From the human T2T-CHM13v2.0 reference genome, Homo sapiens, in the NCBI RefSeq assembly GCF_009914755.1, contig NC_060926.1: 64,000 nt of DNA; one strand, written 5' to 3'. Position numbers and translations under genes: made by a program. Of this stretch, positions 32,228 to 45,600 are shown one piece after another; within the stretch, counting starts at the first letter, position 1; each line of letters starts with the position of its first letter. Under the pieces are notes generated by a model that searched no databases, was not told where the DNA came from, and saw only the letters and a program-made list of their open reading frames with translations.

Positions 32228-34029
32228 ATAAGCAACCATTGACCAATTCTGGAGAAACAGAGACATATAACCTTTTATACAGATAATTCAAAATAGTTGT
32301 GTGAAGGAAACTGAAAGGAATTAAACATACAGAGAAGGAATTCAAAATTCTATTAGATAAATTCAACAAAGAGATTCAAGTTATTAAAAAGAATAAAGCA
32401 GAAATTCCAGAGCTGAAAAATGTAATTGAAAAATGGAGAATACATCAGAGTCTCTTAATAGTAGAATTGATCAAGCTGAAAGAACTGTTCAAGATGAAAG
32501 ACTTAGTGAGCCTGGAGACAGGCTATTTGAAAATACACGGTCAGAGGAGACAAAAGAAAAGAGAACTAAAATAAAATAAAATAAAATAAAGCACACCTAC
32601 AAGATCTAGAAAATAACCTCCAAAAACAGATCTAAGACTTATTGGCCTTAAAGTTGAGTTAAAGAAAGTGATGGGGTAGAAAGTGTATTTAAAGGGATAA
32701 TAACAGAGAACATCTCAGACCTAGAGAAAGAAATCAATATCCAAATACAAAAAGGTTATAGAACATCAAGCAGATTTAACCCAAATTAGATTACCCCCAG
32801 GCATTTAATAAACTTCCAAAGATGAAGAATGAAGAAAGGATCCTAAAAGGAGCAAGAGATAGAAAGAGAGAGAAAGAAAAAAAAAACATATAATGGAGTT
32901 GCAACATATATGGCAGCAGACTTTTCAATGGAAATCTTACAGGCCAGAATTAGTGGCATGACATATTTAAAGTCCTGAAAGACAACAAAATTACCCTGGA
33001 ATAGTATATCTGGTGAAAATATCCTTCAAACATAAAAGAAAAATAAACACTTTCTCAGACATACAAAAGTGGAGGAATTTCATAAACACAAGACCTGTCC
33101 TACCTACCATAAATACTAAAAGGAGTACATCGATCAGAAAGAAAATGAGCAATATAAAATAATCTGAAAGTAAAAACTTACTGATAATAGTGAGTACTCA
33201 GAAAAACACAGAATATTACAACACTAACTGTGGTGTGCAAACTACTGTTATCTTAAGCAAAAACTCTAAAGGATGAACCAATAAAAATAATAAATATAAT
33301 TTTTATGGCACATATATTACAATAATATATAAACAGAATCAACAAAAAGTTGTAAAGTAACGGGATAAATTTAAAATGTAGAGGGGTTTTTTTTGCTTCT
33401 TTGTTTATGCTAACAGTGTTGTTATCAGCCTAAAATAATGGGTTCCAAGATAGTATTTTCAAAGTTCATGGTAACCTCAAATCAAAAAAAACATACAACA
33501 AGTACACATTAAGTAAAAAATTAAGTCATATCACCAGAGAAACTCACCTTCATTTAAAGGAATACAGGAAGAAAGTAAAGAAGGAGAGACGATCACAAAA
33601 AAAGGAAACAGAAAACAAATAAAAAATAGTAGGAGTGAGTCCTTACTTATCAATAATAACATTGTGTATTAGTGGACTAAACACTCCACTCAAAAGACAT
33701 ACATTGGATGGATTTAAAAATTACAATTCAATGATTTTTTGTGTTTAAGAAAAAAAAATAACCTATTGAGACACCTGTAGACTGAAAATAAAGTGATAAA
33801 AAAAAGACAGTCCATGCCAATGGAAACCAAAAAAGAACAAAAGTAGCTATATCATACAGAATAGATTGCAAGACAAAAACTGTAAGAAGTGACAAAGATG
33901 ATAATAAAGGGGTAAATTCAGCAAGGGGATATAACAATTATAAATAATATCCATCTAACACTGGAGCACCCAGATATATAAAGCAAATATTATTAGAGCT
34001 AAAGAAAGAGATATATGCCAACACAATAA

Positions 34030-34311
34030 TGATCCAGGATTTTTTTGTTCCTTAGTTCAGCTAAAATCCAGTTCTTGTCTCATGACCAGGAAAAATTAGG
34101 CACAGAGACACATCAAAGAGTGTGGAGAGCACATTTACTAGACAAAAAGAAAGCTCTCAGCCAAGAAGAAGGGGGTTCTGCTAACAGGCTCCCACCTCAT
34201 AGATTGAATACCAGGCCACCACACAGGAGCATATGCAGACCCCCAGTTCACCGCGGGCAAGCCCAGGCAAGACCCTGTGCAGGTTCCCTTACCTGCCTCC
34301 TGCATCTATCA
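34030..34311 (-). mobile_element. Short ERV1 (MER4-group-like) solo LTR inside L1 ORF2
   Basis: TGA...TCA termini; 4-bp TSD ataa (34026-34029, 34312-34315); L1 reads through as acacaataa|tagctggagac. Confidence 0.8.
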
Positions 34312-34557
34312 ATAATAGCTGGAGACTTCAATACCCCACGTTCAGCATTAGACAGATCTTCTCACCAGAAAATCAACAAAGAAACATGAGACTTAAACTG
34401 CACTACAGATCAAATGGACCAAATAGATGTTTACAGATCATTTTATCCAATAGCTGCGGAATATACACTTTTTTTCCTCAGTACATGGATCATTCTCAAG
34501 GATGTACCATATGTTACCTCACAAATCAGGTATTAAAACATTAAAAAAACAGAAATA

Positions 34558-34890
34558 GGCCGGGTGCAGTGGCTCACACCTGTAATCCTAGCACTTTGGG
34601 AGGCTGAGGCGGGCACATTACCTGAAGTCAGGAGTTCATGACCAGCCTGGTCAATGTGGTGAGACTCCATCTCTACTAAAAATATAAAAATTAGCCTGGT
34701 GTGGTGGCAGGTGCCTATAATCCCAGGTACTCAGGAGGCTGAGGCAGGAAAATCACTTGAACCCAGGAGGTGGAGATTACAAGTGAGCCAAGATCGCCAC
34801 TGCAAGCTAGCCTGGGCGACAAGAGTGAAACTCCATCTCAAAAAGAAAAAAAAAAAGCAGAAAAACCAAAAAAAAAAACAAAAAAAAAAC
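34558..34890 (+). mobile_element. AluS (Sq/Sp-like) with long interrupted A tail
   Basis: Full dimer, gggcgacaagagtgaaactcc. Confidence 0.93.
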
Positions 34891-35358
34891 CATAAATAAT
34901 ATCAAGCATCTTCTCTAACCACAATGAAATAAAACTAAAAATCAATAACAAGAGGAATTTTGGAAATGATATGAATATATGGAAATTAAACAATATGCTC
35001 CTGAATGATGGGCAGTATGTCTATGAATACAAAATTAATTCAGGATAAAAAGTTAATTATGAAGGAAGTTGAAAACTTTCCTGAAACAAATGATAATGTA
35101 AACACAATATACCAAAACTTATGAGACACAGCAAAAGCAGTACAAAGGAAGATTATAGCTATAAGTTCCTAATCAAAAAAGAAGAAAAACTTCAAATGAA
35201 CAACCAAACAATATATCTTGAAGAATTGAAAAGCATGATAAACCAACAATTAGTAGAAGAAATCATAAAAATCAGAGCAGAAATAAATGAAATTGAACAA
35301 AACAATGCAAAACATCAATAAAACATAAAAAAGTAAAACAAGTTAAATAAAATTGGCA

Positions 35359-35396
35359 GTACCCTAGAAGTTAAAGTATAATAAAAATATATATAA
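35359..35396 (+). mobile_element. Micro-insertion of an L1PA extreme 3' end
   Basis: gtaccctagaagttaaagtataataaaaa flanked by aaaattggcag / aaaattgacag. Confidence 0.75.
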
Positions 35397-36411
35397 AAAA
35401 TTGACAGACCTTTAGCCAGACTTTGAAAAAAGAGAGACGACCCACATAAATAAAATTAGAGTTGAAAAATGAGACATTATGACTGATACTGCAGAAATTT
35501 AAAGCATCATTAGTGATACTATGAGTAAGTGCATGCCAATAAATTGGAAAATCTAGAAGAAATGGATACATTCCTACAAACAGAATTGGACATAATATTG
35601 GTTTCTGAACTAGGATGATGTCTAGAACCTGAACAGACAAATAACAAGCAACAAGATCAAGGCCATAGTTAACAGTCTTCCAGCAAAGAAAAGCCCAATC
35701 CCTGATTACTTCGCTGCTAAATTGTATCAAACAATTACAGAAGTACTATTACCTATCCTACCTAAACTATTCCAAAAAATAGAAGAGGTGGGAATACTTT
35801 GAAACTCATTCTACAAGGCCAATATTACCCTGAAACAAAAACAAAAGACACATAAAAATGAACTACAGGCCAATATCGCTGATGAATATTGATACAAAAG
35901 TCTTCAACAAAATATGAGCATATCAAATTTCACAACACATTAAAAAGATCATTCATCAGGATGAAGTGAGATTTATCCTTGGGATGAAAGAATTGTTCAA
36001 CATACACAAGTTAATCAATGTGATACCTCATATCAACAGAATGAAGGACAAAAACTATATGATCAGTTCCATTGATGTTAAAAAAGCATTGGTAAAATTC
36101 AACATCCCTTCATGATAAAAATCCTCAAAAACTGTATAGAAGGAACATAACTAAATATAATAAAAGTCATATATGACAGACCCAGAGATAGTATTTAACT
36201 GAATGGGAAGAAACTGGAAGCCTTTTCTCTAAGACCTGGAACATGACAAGAATACTCACTTTCATCACTGTTACTCAACATAATACTGGAAATCCTAGCT
36301 AGAGCAATTGGAAAAGAGAAATCAATAAAGAGCACCAACACTGGAAAAGAAGAAGTCAAATTATACTTTTTTGCAGATGACATGATCTTAAAGTTGGGAA
36401 AAACCTAAAGA

Positions 36412-36413
<2 letters not shown>

Positions 36414-36454
<41 letters not shown>

Positions 36455-36457
36455 CAC
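36414..36457. repeat. (CA)n microsatellite
   Basis: Direct reading. Confidence 0.95.
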
Positions 36458-37654
36458 AAAAAAAACCTCTAAAAACTAAAAAGCAAATTCAGTAAAGTTT
36501 CAGGATACAACATTAACATACAAAATCAGCAGCATTTGTATACACCAACACACTGAACAACCTGAAAAATAAATCAAGAAAGTAATCTTATTTAAAATAA
36601 CTACAAATAATATAAAATACCTAATAATTAAATTAACCAAATAAGCGAAAGATCTCTACAATGAAAACCATAAAACATTAATGCAAGAAATTGAAGAGGA
36701 CACACAAAAATGATAAGATGTTTCATATCTATGGATTGAAAGAATCAATATTGTTAAAATATCTACACTATCCAAAGAAATCTGCAGATTGAATCCAATC
36801 CCTATCAAAAAACCAATAATATTCCTCACAGAAATAGGAAAAAAAATCCTAAAATTTACATGAAACCACAAAAGACCCAGAAGCCAAAGCTATCCTGAGC
36901 AAAAGAAAAAAAAAATTGGAGGAATCACATTGCCTGACTTCAAATTATACAACAAAGCTTTAGTAACCAAAACACCACGGTACTGACATAAAAACAGATA
37001 CACAGACTAGTGGAACAGAATAGAGAACCAAGAAGTAAATCCATATATCTACAGTGTACTTATTGTCGACAAAGCTGAGAAGAACACACTTTGGAAAAAG
37101 GACGGTCTTTTCAATAAAAGGTGCTTTGAAAACTGGATATTCATATGCAAAAGTTTGAAAGTACAGTTAAAGAGAATAAATAAGACATAGTATTTGGTAG
37201 CACAACAGGGTGACTACAGTAAAAAGTAATTTAATTGTACATTTTAAACCTAAGGGTATAATTGCATTGTGTGAAACACAAGGGATAAATACTTGAGGCA
37301 TTGGATAGCCTATTTACCCTGATGTGGGGTACATCACATTGTATGACTGTATCAAAATATCTCATGTAACCCATACATATACATACCTACTATGTACCCA
37401 CAACAATTTAAAATTTAAAAATTTATGTAAAAGAATATAAATATATAGAAAATATAGTGGCAGAATGAGACCTAGTCATTTTTCATTAATATGGATGCCT
37501 TCCTGATTCTTACTATAGTAAGAATCCAGGGCTTCAATCCCAACAGCTGGTTTCATGATGAAATAGTTAAAATGGTGATTGCATAGATTATAGCAGAGTA
37601 ATTCTGAGACAATGAGAACACAGAGATTCGGAGGAAATATTTCATATCTATTTT

Positions 37655-37839
37655 TCTTTCCCGTATCTTGCTTCTAAAAACAGAAAATCAGCAAGGTTTC
37701 TCACAGGCTACAAAATAAAGACCTAATTGCCTTCAAGGTATTCCCAGCTCTAGACTAGTTTGATTTCAGTAGACTTACTTTAGACTTTTTGCCCTACTCC
37801 AGAGTTATTAATTAATAATAGTACAGACAATAATAAACA
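37655..37839 (+). repeat. ~185-bp dispersed direct duplication, copy 1
   Basis: Aligns by eye with 39600-39785. Confidence 0.95.
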
Positions 37840-38060
37840 TTAACTACCATTTATAAAGTTTTCTTGTGTGCCACATTCAATTTACATTATCCCACTTACT
37901 TTTTAAAATAATCCCTCAGAAATAGTATTACTAGTTGGGTCATACTGTTAAAGGAACCATGGATTACAAAAGTTACGTGATTTTTTTTTAGAGTCACATT
38001 ATAAATAAATGGTTGATTATAAGACATCCTACATGTCTGATTCCACATTGCAAGCTCCTT
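37830..38060 (-). mobile_element. Degraded MIR
   Basis: taactaccatttat...tgtgtgcca...agagtcacat...tgtctgattcca. Confidence 0.55.
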
Positions 38061-38559
38061 CCAAAGCAGTACTGCCTCAATGGAATTGAACAAAGTAGGT
38101 TTGACGATTCACAGCTATTTCTCCAGATTCTACACATTCAACCCTGATCAGAATTTACTACTGGCAACCCTTAGTATTTATTTTGGCAGGATAAATCAAG
38201 GTTTACCTACTGAAGAAAGTGAGTGCCACTTTTGTCTTGATAAATTAAAGCAAAGTGACTATTCTTTCCCACAAACTCAAAGTGAATTAAAATATTGTGA
38301 AATTTGGAGACTTGGTTTCAACTTTGTAACTTCGGACTTGGCAAATAACCTATGTCTTATAGTCTTTGGTGGTAATGCCTCAGTAGGCTTTTGTGAAAAA
38401 TGCGTGATGCACAGAAGAAAAAAAACTGGTAAATTATAATTCACTGTGAATATATATTATTGTCCATTATCATTGTCAGTAAAAGGGATTGAGGAGTTGG
38501 TAAAATTCTCTAGCCAAAGACCTAAGGAGAAACACATTCATAGTCAATAAAGGGTAAAT

Positions 38560-39390
38560 TGAACAGACAATTCTCAAAAGAAGACATACATGCAACCAAC
38601 AAACATGGAAAAAAGTTCAACATCACTAATAACTAGATAAATGCAAATCAAAACCACAGTGAGATACCATCTCATGCCAGTCAGAATGGCTATTCATAAA
38701 AAGTTAAAAAACAACAGATGCTGGTGAGGTTGCGAACAAAAGGGAACACTTTTACACTGTTAGTGGGAGTGCAATTAATTCAGCCATCGTGGAAGGCAGT
38801 GTGGTGATTCCTCAAAGACCTAGATGCAGAAATACCATTTGACCCAGCAATCTGATTAGTAGGTATACACCTAAAGAAATAAAGACATATAAAGACACAT
38901 GCACAAGTATGTTCATTGCAGCACTAGCACTATTCGCAATAGCAAAAACATGGAATCAACCTAAATGCCCATGAATCTGAATAAAGAAAATGTGGTACAT
39001 ATACACCAGGGAATACTATGCAGCCATAAAAAGGAACAAGATCATATCTTTTGTAGAGACATGGATGGAGTTGGAAGTCATTATCCTCAGAAAACTAACG
39101 CAGGAACAGAAAACCAAATACCACATGTCCTCACTTATAAGTGGGAGCTGAACAATGAGAACATATGGACACAGGGAGGGGAACAACACACTCTGGTGCC
39201 TGTCAAGGGTGGTTGGTGGCAGGAGGGAGAGCATCAAGAACAATAGCTAATGGACTCGGAGCTTAACCCTAAGTGATGGGATGATCTGAGCAACAAACCA
39301 CCATGGCACACGTTTGCCTGTGTAACAAACCTGCACATCCTGCACATGTACCCTTGAACTTAAAAGTTGAAGGAGAAAAAGTGAAAAAAA
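38560..39390 (+). mobile_element. Older L1PA (PA13/14-like) 3' fragment
   Basis: gagggagagcatcaagaacaatagctaatgga...aaaccaccatggcacacg. Confidence 0.9.
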
Positions 39391-39399
39391 CAGTCTACT

Positions 39400-39930
39400 G
39401 CTACTTGCAAGAATATTGAAAAACCTTACAGACGTAATATTGAGCAGCAGAAGCTAAATATCAAGTAATATATGTAGCCTTTTCAATTTGTATGAAGCTC
39501 AAAAATAGTAAAAAAAAAAAGAAAGAAAAGAAACAATGGTGTTAAAAGTCAGAATGGTGGTTACATTTTGAGAGGAAAGACGTAATGATTAGAGGGACAT
39601 TATTTTCTGTATCTTGCTTGTGAAACTAGAAAATTAGCAAGGTTACTCACAGGCTACAAAATAAAAACCTAATTGCCTTCAAGGTATTCCCAGCTCTAGG
39701 TTAGTTTGATTTCAGTAGACGTACTTCAGATTTTTAGATCTACTCCAGAGTTATTAATTAGTGATAGTACAGACAATAATAAACAAGAGGGGCTATCTGT
39801 ATTGGGAGCATTAAAATTCTTTTACTAGATAATTGATGTATAGATGTGTTCACATTGGGATAACTCTCTGAGCTATATATATAAAATTTGTGCAATTTTC
39901 TGTATGTATATTATGCTTCAATAAAAAGTT
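39400..39930 (+). mobile_element. L1ME-type 3' end, split by the 185-bp duplication
   Basis: aagtcagaatggtggttac...|agaggggct...gtgttcac...tattatgcttcaataaaaag. Confidence 0.7.
39600..39785 (+). repeat. ~185-bp dispersed direct duplication, copy 2
   Basis: Aligns by eye with 37655-37839. Confidence 0.95.
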
Positions 39931-41194
39931 TTCTTGTAAAAATAGAAAGGGTAAGTTTCTTTTAGCTTACTGCAAAGAGAGAGTATAGAGAGTGGTGCCT
40001 TTTGGTAAGAGGAAATTTGGAAAGGCTATTTATGAGATTTGGGCTTGTGCTGACTGATTTTTTTAAATGGCTTTATTGAGAAATAATTCACATATCATAA
40101 AATTCACCCTTTTAAACCATATAATTGATTGGGTTTTAGTATATTCAAAGAGTTGTGCAGCCATCACTACTATCTAATTTTAGATCACTTTCATTACTCC
40201 CAAATGAAACACTGTAACTGTTAGCAGTCACTCCCCACTTCCCATTCTACCTAGTCCTGGGCAACCACAAATTTGCTTCTGTCTCTTTGGATTTCCCTAT
40301 TACTTTATATAAATGTAATCATACAATATGTGGATTTTTGTAACTAACTTCTCTAATAAGTTTGAAAGTACACATATATATCGTTGCTTCATTCCATTTT
40401 ATTGTTAAATAATATCCTATTGAGTGGATATGTGACATTTTGTTTATCTTCTCAGTTGATGAAAATTTGGATTGCATCTACTGTTTGTCTACTATCAGTA
40501 ATGTTGCTATAAACATTCATGCACAGATTTTTGTGTGGACATATGTTTTCAATTCTTTTAAATATCTAGAAGTGAAGTTGCCAGACCATATGATCACTCT
40601 ATGTTTAAACTTTTGAGGAATTTCTCTACAGTGGCTACCCATTTGGCAATCCCATCAGTATTGTATGAGGATTCCAATATCTACACCTACTCACAAACAT
40701 TTGTTATTATCTTATTTTTTATTTTAGCCATCCAATTCTGTATGAAATGGTATCTCAACGTGGTTTTGATTTAAATTTTCTTATGACTCATGATGTTGAG
40801 CAGCTTTTCATTTGCATATTATCCATTTGTATATTTTCTTTAGAGAAATGTGTGTTCATATCTGTTGCCCACGTATTATTGATTCTTTATCTTTTATTGT
40901 TGGGATTTAAGAGTTCTTTACATATTCTAGATAGAAATCTCAACATATAAATGATTTGCAATATTTTCTCCCATTTTATGGGTTGTCTTTTCACTCTTAA
41001 TGCAGTCCTTTGAAGTATAAATATTTTTAATTTGATAAAGTACAGTTTACCTATTTATTTTTCTTTTGTTGATTGTTCTTTTGGTTGGTGTTATGTCCAA
41101 CAAACCGTTTTCTCACCCGAGTTCATGAAGATTTCTTCTTTTGTTTTCTTATGTCACAATGCTGAACTCATTTGTTAGTTTTAATAGCATGGGC

Positions 41195-41242
41195 GTGTGT
41201 GTATGTGTATTTGTATGTGTGTGTGTGTGTATGTGTGTGTGT
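41195..41242. repeat. Imperfect (GT)n
   Basis: Direct reading. Confidence 0.85.
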
Positions 41243-41974
41243 TTGTACATTTTGTATATATCCAGATCATCTTGTTTGAGAATAAAGATATTTCTACTAT
41301 TTTGCTTCCAAACTGGATGACTTATTTAATTTTTTTGCCTAATTGCCCTGCCTGAAATCTCCAGCATAAGGATGATTAGAAGTGCTGATAGTTGGACATA
41401 CATGTCTTGTTCCCAACCTTCAGGACAAGACTCTTGGTCTGTCACCTTTAAATATATTGTTAGTTGTAGATTTTTCATAGGTGCCCTTGTCTTCTATTCC
41501 TAGTTTTTTGAGTTTTTTTTTTAATCAGAAAAGGGTGTTGGATTTTGTCAGATTATTTTTCTGAGCTTATTGTGATTATATGGATTCTGTTTGTTATTAT
41601 ATTACTTTAAATTACATTAATTTATTTTTGTTCATTGAATTAATTTTGCATTACTAGGATAAATCCCACTTGGTTATGTTATATAATTCTTTTTACATGT
41701 TTTTGGATTCAATTTGCTAGGATTTTGTTAAAAAAATTTTGCATCTATATTTATAAGAGATATTGGTCAGTGGTTTTCTTTACCTCTGATGTTTTTGTCT
41801 GCCTTTGGTAACAGGGTAATACTGGCCTCATAGAATAAGTCAGAACATGATTCCTTCTCTTTTAATTTTTGAAGGAGTTTGTGAAAAATTGGTGTTCATT
41901 TTGCATTAAACATGTGGTCAAATTCACCTATAAAGTTATCTGATCCTAGTCTTTTCTTTATGGAAAATGTTCTT

Positions 41975-42282
<308 letters not shown>

Positions 42283-42404
42283 AGAATTTTTTTAATTAGA
42301 AATTTAATCTATTTGTTTGTTAGAAGTTTAGCATATTTAATATTTCTACATGTAATTATTCATACTATTCCCTTATAATGCTTTTTTTCTTTTCATGAGG
42401 TCTC

Positions 42405-44320
42405 AGTATTTGGCTCATACTTATAAGTGAGAATATGCAGTATTTAGTTTTCTGTTTCTGCATTAGTTTGCTAAGGATAATGGTCTCCAGTTCTATTCTC
42501 ATTCCTGAAAAGACATGATCTCATCTTTTTTATGGATGCATAGTATTACATGATGTATATGTACCACATTTTCTACATCCATTGATAGGTATATAGGATA
42601 GGCATAAGTTGCATTGATGGGCATATAGGTTGGTTCCATGTCTTTGCTATTGTGAATGGTGATGCATTGAACATTCACATGCATGTGTCTTTATGGTAAA
42701 CTAATTTATATTCCTCGGGTATATACCTGGTAAATGGGATTGCTGGGTTGAATGGTAGTTATGTTTTTAGCTCTTGAGGCATAATCATACTGCTTTCCAC
42801 AATCATTGAACTAATTTACACTTCTATCAACAGTATATAAGCATTCCCTTTTCTCTGCAATCTTGCCACATCTGTTATTTTTGGCCTTTTTATTATAGCC
42901 ATTCTGACTGGTGTGATGTGAGATGGTATCTCATTGTGATTTTGATTTACATTTTTCTAATTATTACTTATTTTGGGCTTTTATTTCATATGCTTGTTGA
43001 CTCGATGTATCTCTTCTTTAGAAAAGTTTCTGTTACTGTACTTTGCCCACTTTTAAATTTTTTTTCTAGTAAATGTGTTTAAGTTTCTTATAGAAGCTGA
43101 ATAATAGACCTTTGTCAGATGCATAGTTTGTAAAAATTTTCTCCCATTCTATAGGTTGTCTGTTTGCTCTGTTGATAGTTTCTTTGGCTATGCAGAAGCT
43201 CTTTAGTAGATACCATTTGCCAATTTTTGCTTTTTTGTGATTGCTAAAAAAGGCCCTGGTCTAGATGAATTCACAGTCAAATTCCACCAGAAGTACAAGA
43301 GGAGCTGATATCATTCCTACTGAAACCATTTCAAAAACTTGAGAAGAGAATCCTCCCCAACTCACACTATGAGGCCCGCATCATCCTGACACGAAACCTG
43401 GCAGAGATACAACAAAAACAAAAACAACAAAAATGTCAGGCCAATATCTTTGATGAGTATTAATGCAAAAATTCTCAACAAAATACTAGCAAACTGAATC
43501 CAGCATTTGTCAAAATGCTAATCCACCATGATCGTGAACGCTTCATTCCTGGTATGGAAGGTTGGTTCAACAAAGGCAAATCAATAAATCTGATTCATCA
43601 CGTAAACATAACTAAGGACAAAAACCACATGATTATCTCAATAGATACAGAAAAAGCTTTCGATAAAATTCAACATCCTTTCATGTTAAAAATTCTCAAT
43701 AAACTAGGTATTAAAGGAACAGAACTCAAAATAATAAGAGCTACCTATGACAAACCCAAAGTCAACATCATACTGAATGAACAAAAGCTGAAAGCATTCC
43801 CCTTGAAAACTGGCACAAGATAAGTATGCTCTCTCTCACCAATCCCATTCCACATAGTACAGGAAGTTCTGGCCAGAGTTATCAGGCAAGAGAAAGAAAT
43901 AAAAGGCATCCAAATAGGAAGAGAGGAAGTCAAACCATTCCTGTTTGCAAATGACATGATTCTATATCTAGAAAACTCCATTGTTTCAGCCTGAGAGCTC
44001 CTTAAGCTTACAAACAACTTCAGCAAAAATTCAGGATACAAAATCAATGTACAAAAATCACTAGCATTCCTATACACCAACCACACCCAAGCCAAGAGCC
44101 TAATTAGGAGCATAATCCCATTCAAAATTGTCTTAAAAGAATAAAATAACCAGGAATACGGCTAACCAGGGAGGTGAAAGATGTCTCCAATGAGAATTAC
44201 AAAACACTGCTGAATGAAATCAGAGACGAAACAAACGGAAAAACATTCCATGCTTATAGTTAGGAATAATAGGAAGAATCAATAGTCATAAAATGGTCAT
44301 ACTGTCCAAAGTAATTTATA
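42405..44320 (-). mobile_element. Older L1PA with inversion: 42405-43245 minus, 43246-44320 plus
   Basis: Strand switch at gattgct|aaaaaaggccctgg; ORF 43515..43823 is ORF2 ([20 protein letters not shown]). Confidence 0.88.
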
Positions 44321-44374
44321 GAGAATTTCTTAATGTCCTTGAACCATTACGTTTCCTAGTTTTTTTTTAGAGAC

Positions 44375-44405
<31 letters not shown>

Positions 44406-45310
44406 GTATTCAATATTCTGACAGTTTACAACTCTGCCTTAGCCTTTACTTCTTGCTTGTGCAGAACCCCAGTGCTCCCCACAGACTCCCAGTGAGAGAT
44501 TAACACCTTATCAAATCTTTCCTGGGTATGCCCTCAGCTCTGCACATATGCATGAACTTCTAATTTCCTAGATATATGTTGGAGTTTTTCAAAACCCCTT
44601 ATAGACATCTCATTTCTAGCTTCTCCTTTTAAGTTTTTTGATCTGCCTCTTCTGTCTCAGCTCTTGTTGCTGACTCAGACAGCTGTGATGTTAAACAACT
44701 GCCACTGATTCTTCTTTTTCTCTTCCTCCTCCTCCTCCTCCCTCTCTCCTTCCTCCTTCTCCTCCTCTTCTTCTTCCTTCTCTTTCTCTTCCTTCTTCCC
44801 CTTAACCCTTCCCTCTTCTCCTTCTCCTTCTTCCTCTTCTTGACAAATGCACCAGGAGAATAGTTGTTCATACTGAGCAAGCTCTGAGTCAGGATACATA
44901 AAGATAAACATTGTGAGTAGGTGTTTTCCGGGAATTTTTAGTCAGGTCAAATAATGGCAGTTCTCTGGGAACTAGGCTTTTATTGAGCTTGAAACCCATT
45001 CTGTTGTGTCCACTGGCTGCTTGGCTGCTGGTTTCATAGCTACCATGATTGTGAGGCTGTTGGTTTCCAATGCTACCTAAGGACTAGGGAGAAAGAAACG
45101 GAAATAAGTTAAAATGACAGAAAAATATTGTTGTAACTGAAATTCTGTCTTTTTTTTAAATTAAATATTTCTTGTAATGTTGCATGCTCTTGGTTAAGTC
45201 CCAGATCTCTGAAAAAAAAAATAAGTTTTGACAAGTGTTTCCAGTGTGCTTGTTTCTTTTATGGAGGAGTGTGTTTCAGAGCTCTTTACTTGAACACTCC
45301 AGGAATATTT
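44321..45310 (-). mobile_element. L1M4-like 5' region fragment
   Basis: cagtttacaactctgccttagcctttacttc..., gatgttaaacaactgcc, gtcaaataatggcagttctctggga. Confidence 0.6.
44710..44840. repeat. Polypyrimidine (CTT/CCT) low-complexity tract
   Basis: ~130 bp nearly all C/T. Confidence 0.95.
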
Positions 45311-45319
45311 CTCCCTGCC

Positions 45320-45600
45320 CAGTAACTTAGGAAACAGAGTCCATTCTTTTGTTGGTTGCTGTCAGTTAGCTGAGGTAATTAGGTGACTTGCCATCTTAAT
45401 AATTATAATTAGAAAACAGAAAGATGAATACAGGACTAGAATTGCCATTGGTTTTTTTAAAAAAGGGTAACTCATGTTAGATGTAAAAAAGGAAATAATT
45501 TACTTTTTTTGTGGTTGCAGAGTGTCCTCCTTTCTGTATTATTTCAGATATAATCATAGAGTGGTCTTCTTCTCTCATTAAATTATGCTTATAGTGTAGC
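45320..45600. mobile_element. Possible LTR78-like ancient LTR fragment (may continue 39950-40057)
   Basis: tttttgtggttg...ttcagatataatcatagagtggtctt resembles LTR78. Confidence 0.35.

Larger units (their letters stand above)
27793..37430 (+). mobile_element. L1MA1/2-like LINE with 5'UTR, ORF1, most of ORF2 and 3' end; hosts nested insertions
   Basis: L1M1-type repetitive 5'UTR; end tacctactatgtacccac; 15-bp TSD aagaatacaaatata (27778-27792) / aagaatataaatata (37431-37445). Confidence 0.92.

Noticed and set aside
44629-44911. Arg/Lys-rich and Glu-rich ORFs
   Set aside because: Translation of the purine low-complexity tract.
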